Part shown: one piece after another, positions 57,099 to 64,000 of the stretch
Position numbering within the stretch: the stretch's first letter is position 1
Layout: each line of letters opens with the position of its first letter
Origin: a virus
Taxonomy: Duplodnaviria > Caudoviricetes
Direction: 5' to 3' (one strand)
DNA: 64,000 nucleotides
IMG/VR virus record: IMGVR_UViG_2513237329_000015
Location: 33,052 to 97,051 of that record
Position numbers and translations under genes: made by a program
The notes under the pieces: generated by a model
What the model saw: the letters and a program-made list of their open reading frames with translations, nothing else
Database searches by the model: none
What the model was told of the DNA's origin: nothing

Positions 57099-58730
57099 AT
57101 GGAGCTTTTTTATTGCTATGCCTACGGCCGGCTCTCGAAAGAGGACGGCGATAAGATAGAGAGCGACAGCATCAAAAACCAACGGGACCTGATCCACAGC
57201 TATATCGGACAGCACCCGGAGCTGAAGCTGGTGATGGAGGGCTACGATGACGGCTACACCGGCACCAACTTTGAACGTCCCTGTTTTAAGGAGATGCTGG
57301 AGGCGGTCAAAGAACAGAAGGTCAACTGCGTCATTGTCAAGGATCTCTCCCGTTTCGGCCGTGAGTACATTGAGGCGGGCCGGTATATTGAAAAACTGTT
57401 CCCAGCCCTGGGCGTGCGCTTTATCGCCATCAACGACGGTTATGATACCGCCCATCTGGACGCCTCCAGCAGCCTGATCCTGCCCTTCAAAAATCTGATC
57501 AACGACTCCTACTGCCGGGATACGTCCATCAAGGTACGCAGCCACTTTGACGTCAAGCGGCGCAATGGGGAGTTCATCGGCTCCTTCGCCGCCTACGGCT
57601 ATTCCAAAGACCCGGAAAATAAAAACAGATTAGTCGTGGACCCCGAGGCCGCCGACGTGGTGCGGGAGATCTTTGCCCGGCGGATCTCCGGTATGAGCTG
57701 CCAGGCCATTGCCGATGAACTCAACACCCTGGGCGTCCCCTCTCCTATGGAGTACAAGCGGAGCAGGGGCATGAAATATAAGTCCGGCTATCGGGTCCAC
57801 AATAAAACCAGGTGGTCGGCCACGGCTGTGCGGCGCATTCTGCAAAACGAGGTCTATCTTGGCGTCATGGAACAGGGAAAGCGCACCACGCCTAACTATA
57901 AGGTCAAAACCGTCGTTTATAGGCCGCCCGAAGAGTGGATGCGCGTGGAGGATACCCATGAGGCCATCATCAGCCGGGAGGACTTTGACCTTGCGGCCCG
58001 CCTGATGCGGACGGATACCCGCACAGCCCCCGGGAAAAAGGCGGTGCATCCGTTCGCGGGGATTCTCTGCTGCGGGGACTGCAAGGGCGGCATGGTGCGC
58101 AAGACCACCTATTATGACGGCAAAACCTACCACTATTATGGCTGTATTACCCATCGCTCCGATACCGCTGCCTGTTCGCCCCACACCATCAGCGAGGCCA
58201 AGCTGGAGCAGGCCGTGCTGGAGGGGGTCAATCTCCATATCCGCACCGTGATAGAGCTGAATGGGGCGCTGGAAGCCATTGCCCGCCGGCCGTTGCAGAA
58301 GGTAGCGGCGGAGAAGCTGGATAAACGACTGGAGGCGCTGCGCCAGGAACTGGTCACAAAGCAGGACATCCGGGACTCCCTCTATCGGCGCTATGCCTCT
58401 GGAGAAGTTTCCAGGGCTGACTTTCACGAGTTCAAGCGCATTTTTACCCGCGATTGCGAGGAGGTTGAGCGGGCCATTGAGGCCCAGCAGCAGGAACTTG
58501 ACCGGATGCTGGAGAGCAGTACCCCGGACAGTCCATGGATTCAGCACTTCAAGCAGTTTGGGCAGTTGGAAACGCTGAATCGGGAGGTCCTGGTACGCCT
58601 GGTGGAGCGGATTCTGGTCTACGAGGGCGGACGCATTGAGATCGTGTTCCGTTACCAGGAGCAGTTTGCCAACGCTATGATCTTCGCATCGGAAGAAACG
58701 GCCCGTCAGCCGCTGAGAGAGGCGGTGTAA
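57099..58730 (+). CDS. Large serine recombinase 1
   Basis: YGRLSKED, DDGYTGT, KDLSRFGR, Zn ribbon. Confidence 0.95.
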   Translation: MELFYCYAYGRLSKEDGDKIESDSIKNQRDLIHSYIGQHPELKLVMEGYDDGYTGTNFERPCFKEMLEAVKEQKVNCVIVKDLSRFGREYIEAGRYIEKLFPALGVRFIAINDGYDTAHLDASSSLILPFKNLINDSYCRDTSIKVRSHFDVKRRNGEFIGSFAAYGYSKDPENKNRLVVDPEAADVVREIFARRISGMSCQAIADELNTLGVPSPMEYKRSRGMKYKSGYRVHNKTRWSATAVRRILQNEVYLGVMEQGKRTTPNYKVKTVVYRPPEEWMRVEDTHEAIISREDFDLAARLMRTDTRTAPGKKAVHPFAGILCCGDCKGGMVRKTTYYDGKTYHYYGCITHRSDTAACSPHTISEAKLEQAVLEGVNLHIRTVIELNGALEAIARRPLQKVAAEKLDKRLEALRQELVTKQDIRDSLYRRYASGEVSRADFHEFKRIFTRDCEEVERAIEAQQQELDRMLESSTPDSPWIQHFKQFGQLETLNREVLVRLVERILVYEGGRIEIVFRYQEQFANAMIFASEETARQPLREAV

Positions 58731-58733
58731 GCG

Positions 58734-60458
58734 ATGGCGAGAAAGTCACGCAAGGACCTGATTCGTGCGGAAAACAGCGGGCAGACCGCTGTGGCCGTAC
58801 AGTCCAAGCCGTGCCCTGAGCCTGCTCCAACTTATTTGGCTGTAGGGTATGCCCGACTGTCCATCTTTGAAACAAGGGACCGCGCCGACAGCGAGGCGCT
58901 GCAAAATCAAAAGGAGCTGCTCCGGCAGTACATAGCGAACGCTCCGGACCTGCAGCTCGTTGGCATTTTTGAAGATAATGGGCAAACCGGCACCAACTTT
59001 GACCGGGCCGGTTTTGAGACAATGATGGAGACTGTCCGAAGCGGCAAGGCCAACTGTATTGTAGTGAAGGACCTCTCGCGCTTTGGCAGGGACTATGTAG
59101 AGGCCGGCAATTACCTGGAGCACATTTTCCCGTTCATGGGCGTGCGCTTCATCTCCATCTCGGATGGCTATGACAACGCCGACGCCACGACCGCCGATTG
59201 TTTGACCGTAGCACTGAAAAATATGGTCAATCAAATGTATTCCAAGGATATTTCCCGCAAATCCGGCTCGGTACTGCGGGAAAAGATCCGGCGCGGAGAG
59301 TTTATCGGCGCATTTGCTTCCTATGGATATAGGAAAGATCCAGCGGATGGACACCGCATTGTCGTCGACCCGGAGGCCGCAGGGGTGGTACGCGAGATCT
59401 TCCGGCGTAAGCTGGAGGGCCAGGGTGACACCGCCATTACCCGCTGGTTGAATGCGGCCGGAGTGCCCTCTCCCGGCTGCTACCGCTACCAGAAGGGCAT
59501 CATCCTGGATAAACGCTTTGCCCGGTACAAGCCGTGGCTGGTCCAGTCCGTCAAGGATATTCTGCGCAATGAGGTCTATTTGGGCCGCATGGTACAGGGG
59601 AGGCGGCGCTCGGAGTTTTACGCCGGGCGGCCGGACAAACGGCTGCCGCGGGACGAGTGGACGGTCGTGGAAAACACTCATGAGCCGATTATCAGCCGGG
59701 AGGATTTCGACGCGGTACAGGCCATATGCGTGGAGAGAAACGCCGCCTACCGCGCGCGGCTCGGAAAATATGACCATCTGGGAAAGCGTGAAAATATCCT
59801 CAAGGGTTTGGTCTATTGTTCTGACTGTGGACGAACTATGGTGCGCTACAAGCAGGTCTCTCACGGCAAGAACGTGTCCTATTACTATCTTTGCCCCAGC
59901 TATGCCGCCATGCTGGAACAGAGCGGGTGCAGCTACAAGTTTCTGCCGGAGGATTTTCTGCTGGATTCGTTGGAACAGGTCATTCAGAAGGAGATCGAAC
60001 AGGCTGTGGATATGACCGCCTTGGCAAAGCGTTTGTCAGCAAGAGTGTCCGGCAAAACGGACCAGGGCGCTATGATGTTGAAAAAATTAAACGCGCAGCT
60101 TGAGCGTGTAGAGGAAACACGCAGGAATGCCATGCGGGACTACCTCGGTGGACAGATGGAGCAGACGGACTATGAACTGCTGAAGGAGTGCTGCTTGGGA
60201 GAAGCGGAGGAATTGAAGAAGCAGATATTTGACCTGCGGGAGCAGCAGCGGTACCAGGCGGAAACGCTGACGGAGAAAAACCCGTGGCTCGCCGCGTTTG
60301 GAGGGCTGGGCCGCCCCTTCCATCTGACAAAGGAGCTGGCCGCTTCCCTGATTGAGCGCGTCACCATCTATGGGAATAACCGGGTGGAAATCCTTCTCCG
60401 CTTTCGCGATGAACGGGAACAACTGCTGGCCGCAGCGGGAGAGGAGGAGGCTGTATGA
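58734..60458 (+). CDS. Large serine recombinase 2
   Basis: YARLS, DNGQTGT, KDLSRFGR. Confidence 0.95.
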   Translation: MARKSRKDLIRAENSGQTAVAVQSKPCPEPAPTYLAVGYARLSIFETRDRADSEALQNQKELLRQYIANAPDLQLVGIFEDNGQTGTNFDRAGFETMMETVRSGKANCIVVKDLSRFGRDYVEAGNYLEHIFPFMGVRFISISDGYDNADATTADCLTVALKNMVNQMYSKDISRKSGSVLREKIRRGEFIGAFASYGYRKDPADGHRIVVDPEAAGVVREIFRRKLEGQGDTAITRWLNAAGVPSPGCYRYQKGIILDKRFARYKPWLVQSVKDILRNEVYLGRMVQGRRRSEFYAGRPDKRLPRDEWTVVENTHEPIISREDFDAVQAICVERNAAYRARLGKYDHLGKRENILKGLVYCSDCGRTMVRYKQVSHGKNVSYYYLCPSYAAMLEQSGCSYKFLPEDFLLDSLEQVIQKEIEQAVDMTALAKRLSARVSGKTDQGAMMLKKLNAQLERVEETRRNAMRDYLGGQMEQTDYELLKECCLGEAEELKKQIFDLREQQRYQAETLTEKNPWLAAFGGLGRPFHLTKELAASLIERVTIYGNNRVEILLRFRDEREQLLAAAGEEEAV

Positions 60459-62086
60459 TGATTGCGAAATACATCCGGCTATCTTCTGCCGATGAGGATG
60501 CCCGGTATGGTGATAAACCGGAGAGCAACAGTGTGACCCATCAGCGTATGCTCTTAAACCGCTATCTGGAGACGCATCCGGAGTTTGAAGCATATCAGGT
60601 CTTGGAGTTTCAGGATGATGGACGTAGCGGCACCAACTTTGAACGGCCCGGGATCAAGGCGATGCTGGAGATGGTGCGCCGTCGGGAAATTGACTGCGTC
60701 ATCGTCAAGGATTTTTCGCGCTTTGGCCGTAACTATGTGGAGGTGGGCAACTATCTGGAGCAGGTATTCCCCTTCCTCGGTGTCCGTTTCATTTCTGTCA
60801 ACGACGGCTACGACAGCAAAGACTATCCTTATGGCGTGGCAGGCGACATCAACAACGGCTTGCGGAATCTGATTAACGAACTCTACAGCCGGGATCTCTC
60901 GCAAAAGGTTAAAGACTCGTACCGGCAGTACACCAAACGTGGTCAATGCGTTTCTGCCTACCCCATTTACGGCTATGTTAAATCACCGGCGGACCGCCGG
61001 CTGCTGATTCCGGACCCGGAAGCGGCGGATATTGTCCGGCGCATATTTGAACGCTGCAATGCCGGAGAGGGGCCGACGCAGATTGCTTCGGGATTAAATC
61101 GGGATGGGGTTCCCACTCCTTCCCAAAGAAAGCGTGACCTCGGCTCGAAGCGGCAGCTATGGAACTCCGCAAGGCTTCAGAACGAATGGAGTGATAAGGC
61201 TATTACGCGTATCCTCCGCGACGAAAGGTATACCGGCAAGCTGATTGGCATTAAGACGACCCGCACGGAACTGGGCAATCAAAAATCATCCAGGAAGCAG
61301 TCTGAAGAGGACTGGATCGTAGTGCCCGGCACATTTGAGGCTATCGTTTCACAGGAGACATTTGACGAAGCGCAAAGGCAGCTTGAGACGCTGCGGCGGC
61401 ATTCGGGTAAGCGGGAAACAAACACCCCTGCGGTCCATCTGTTTTCACGTAAGCTCAAATGCGGGCACTGTGGCCTCGCTCTCGGCAGACACGTGGTAGA
61501 CCTCGGCGTTTATTACCACTGTGAAAGGCGAGCCTGGAACAGCGGAGCCACCTGTCTGGGCGCCCGGCTTTTTGAGGATGATTTGATCCGCACGGTGCTG
61601 GCTTCGATCCGTTTTCAGGCGAGGCTTGCGGGGAAAGCAGAAAAACGGCTGGATAAACTGGAGAACGCCGAACGTAGGGAACGGGAATCGCTCTGGGAGC
61701 AGCGGCGGCGCATTCAAATGAAACTGGATCATCTGACAACGCAGAAGGCGGAGGCTTTCCTGTTGTTCAACCAAGGGGATTTGACCCAGAAAACCTATGA
61801 TGCAAAGTGCGCCAAACTGGATAAGACAATACTTGAGCAGCGTACAAAGCTGCTGGACATGAGTGGGACGCAGACCGGCACACAGGATGGCGCCGTGCTG
61901 CATTGCAGGGAGGATATTGCCAGATTAAAAGAACTGAGTAATCTGCGCACACTCAACAGGCAGACGGTAGAGAAGCTGATCCAGAGCATACGGGTATATG
62001 ATGGGAAACGGATTGAGATTGTCTGGAATTTTAGTGATAGTTATATGAAGCTGCTTACTGGGGAGGAACAAAATCATGAGGGATAA
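60455..62086 (+). CDS. Large serine recombinase 3
   Basis: YIRLS, DDGRSGT, KDFSRFGR. Confidence 0.95.
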   Translation: MMIAKYIRLSSADEDARYGDKPESNSVTHQRMLLNRYLETHPEFEAYQVLEFQDDGRSGTNFERPGIKAMLEMVRRREIDCVIVKDFSRFGRNYVEVGNYLEQVFPFLGVRFISVNDGYDSKDYPYGVAGDINNGLRNLINELYSRDLSQKVKDSYRQYTKRGQCVSAYPIYGYVKSPADRRLLIPDPEAADIVRRIFERCNAGEGPTQIASGLNRDGVPTPSQRKRDLGSKRQLWNSARLQNEWSDKAITRILRDERYTGKLIGIKTTRTELGNQKSSRKQSEEDWIVVPGTFEAIVSQETFDEAQRQLETLRRHSGKRETNTPAVHLFSRKLKCGHCGLALGRHVVDLGVYYHCERRAWNSGATCLGARLFEDDLIRTVLASIRFQARLAGKAEKRLDKLENAERRERESLWEQRRRIQMKLDHLTTQKAEAFLLFNQGDLTQKTYDAKCAKLDKTILEQRTKLLDMSGTQTGTQDGAVLHCREDIARLKELSNLRTLNRQTVEKLIQSIRVYDGKRIEIVWNFSDSYMKLLTGEEQNHEG

Positions 62087-62429
62087 GAAAAATAGACTCC
62101 GTGTAGCAATCTATATGAGGGTGGCGCAGAAGGAACAATGCGAAGAAGCCGTGACGGCTATGAAAAGCCAGGAGGCGGTACTTGAGCAGATCACGCAGAA
62201 TAGCGGCAATGTAATTGTTGGGCGCTTTGAGGATTACGGAAGCGGGATAGATTACAGAAGGCCCGGGCTTTGCGCCGCACTGGAAATGGTAAAGAGCGGA
62301 CAAGCCGACGCCCTTTTGATGAAAAACGAGAACCGCTTGGGAAGGAATGTAAGCGAAAACTTACGTCTGGTCGCAGCTCTGCGTAAGACTGGAAGAAGAA
62401 TCTTTTTTGCAGACAATTTGATTTGGTAA
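62076..62429 (+). CDS. Stand-alone resolvase catalytic-like domain lacking the active Ser
   Basis: VAIYMRVA (Ser to Ala), DYGSG, RPGL, NRLGR. Confidence 0.8.
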   Translation: MRDKKNRLRVAIYMRVAQKEQCEEAVTAMKSQEAVLEQITQNSGNVIVGRFEDYGSGIDYRRPGLCAALEMVKSGQADALLMKNENRLGRNVSENLRLVAALRKTGRRIFFADNLIW

Positions 62430-62433
62430 CGAG

Positions 62434-62467
62434 TGAACGAGAGAGGCGTCCCTGCCTCTCTCGTTCA
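62434..62467. terminator. Perfect hairpin after the recombinase cluster
   Basis: TGAACGAGAGAGGC-GTCCCT-GCCTCTCTCGTTCA. Confidence 0.7.
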
Positions 62468-62584
62468 GCATATTTATTTTTTGTCTATCGTGAACACAGG
62501 AGGGCTCCAGTGTTTAGGATAGACTAAAAAAGATCGGTGTTTTTCTGGCGCTGAGAAAAAGTCGAATAATCTTTCTGTTTTCTC

Positions 62585-64000
62585 TTGACACTTTCGGACG
62601 AGGGCCTGTCAGGCACCACCCTCCGCCGGCCCAGATTCGCCGAGCTGCTCCGGCTGGCCCGGTCGGGGGCGGTGGATCTGATTCTCACCAAGGAGGTGTC
62701 CCGCTTCGCCCGCAACACGGTGGACGCCCTCCAGGTGACCCGGCGGCTGAGGGAACAGGGGGTGGGGGTAATTTTCCTCAGCGACGGCATTGACACCCGG
62801 GACAACGACGGGGAGTTCCGCCTTACCATCATGGCCAGCGTGGCCCAGGAGGAGAGCCGTAAGATCTCCGAGCGCACCCGCTGGGGGCAGCTCCAGGCCA
62901 TGCGGCGGGGGGTGGCCTTCGGCAACGACACGGTGTACGGCTATGCGCTGCGGGGCGGGGCGCTCACCATCCGGCCGGAACAGGCGGAGGTGGTGCGGGA
63001 GGTGTACCGCAAGTGTCTGGAGGAGGGTAAAGGGGCCCACACCATTGCCCGGGAGCTCACCGAGGCGGGGGTGGCCCCGCCCCTCCGGGCGGACGGGGCG
63101 TGGTCGGCCGCCATGATACTGCGGCTGCTCCACAACGAGAAGTATTGCGGCGACCTGCTCCAGAAAAAGTACCGCACCGTGGACCATCTGACCCACCGGA
63201 AGGTGGTCAACCGCGGGGCGGAGGAGCAGTTCCGCCTGGAAAACCACCACCCGGCCATTGTCAGCCGGGCCCAGTTTGCCGCCGTCCAGGCCGAGCTGGC
63301 CCGGCGCGCGGGGTTGGCGGGGGAGAGGAGCCGCTTTTCCGCCCGCTACTGGTATTCCGGCAAGCTGGTGTGTGGGGCGTGCGGCGGGCGCCTCACCGCC
63401 AAGCGCACCCGGCGTCCCGATGGGCGGGAGTACCTGCGCTTCGTTTGCCGGGGACGGGGAACGGGATGCGCCATGAGGGCGGTACCGGGAGACGTGCTGA
63501 CCGCCTGTGTCCGCCACGTGCTGGGCGAGGTGGGACTGCCTCTGGGGGCGATGGCCGCGGAGGTACTGGCGTCGGCCCGGCCGGCGGGGGCGGAGTGCGG
63601 GGCGGCGGCTCTGCGGCAGGCCCTCCGCCGTCAGGAGGCCCGCCGGGCCAGGGCACTGGACGCCTTTCTGGACGGGACCCTCAGCCGGGAAGAGCTGGCG
63701 GCGCTCACTGCCCGGAGCGAGGCGGAGCGGTCCCGGCTGGCCCGGCGGCTGGCCGACCTGGAAATGGCGGGGGCGGAACGGCCGGAGCGCCGCGCCGCCC
63801 TGCTGGACTGGCTGGCGGGAGAGCTGGCCGGGGGCGAGGCGGTGCTGGACGCGGCGGTAAAGCGGGTCACGGTCCAGGCCGACGCCCTGCTGGTTGAGCT
63901 GGAGGAGCTGCCCCTGTGCTTCCGTGTCCGGGCGCAGGCCGGCGGGCGGGGGGCGGCGCGGCGGGTTGAGGTGACCGAGTGTACCCCCCTCCCGCGCTGA
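62585..64000 (+). pseudogene. 3' portion of a GC-rich large serine recombinase gene interrupted by the element
   Basis: Begins at DEGLSGT with no YxRVS; KEVSRFARN, AQEESRKISER; GC far higher than the element. Confidence 0.8.

Larger units (their letters stand above)
16051..62590 (+). mobile_element. Large integrative element (ICE-like; conjugation module and left end not in window), right end near 62590
   Basis: Helicase/MTase/primase/ssb/TA cargo, three tandem serine recombinases, abrupt GC rise into an interrupted recombinase gene. Confidence 0.8.

Noticed and set aside
16287-62429. Conjugation (T4SS, relaxase) or virion structural genes
   Set aside because: None recognised, so the transfer mode cannot be assigned from this window

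Overview
Mosaic accessory region, probably from a Clostridia/Oscillospiraceae-like Firmicute (SLH proteins, triple serine recombinases; taxonomy is inferred). (1) 1-~2.2 kb: right end of a prophage-like segment, with the C-terminal part of a DGR-type reverse transcriptase and small phage-type genes. (2) 2.4-15.9 kb: a Sec-exported Rhs/YD-repeat polymorphic toxin (WapA-like) with a PD-(D/E)xK-like tip, a probable immunity gene and two WG-repeat/SLH surface proteins. (3) 16-62.6 kb: the non-conjugative part of a large integrative element. It has two long plus-strand gene runs, each opened by a near-identical ~230-bp promoter + structured leader + terminator. They encode an SF2 helicase ending in the clamp-binding motif QLSLF, two divergent beta-clamp paralogues and a PRTRC-like ubiquitin-conjugation set (ThiF/E1, Prok-E2, and a JAB protease that appears to carry an embedded Ubl ending in TKG). 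Rad52-like, Rad50-like, primase, SSB, RavA/ViaA-like, HicAB and DNA-modification genes are also present. The element ends with three large serine recombinases and is inserted into a GC-rich serine recombinase gene. The best candidate new system is the Ubl-JAB/E1/E2 + dual sliding clamp module under a duplicated attenuator-like RNA leader, with many of its proteins ending in an ssrA-like Ala-Ala. All family calls come from motif recognition by eye; no database search was run.
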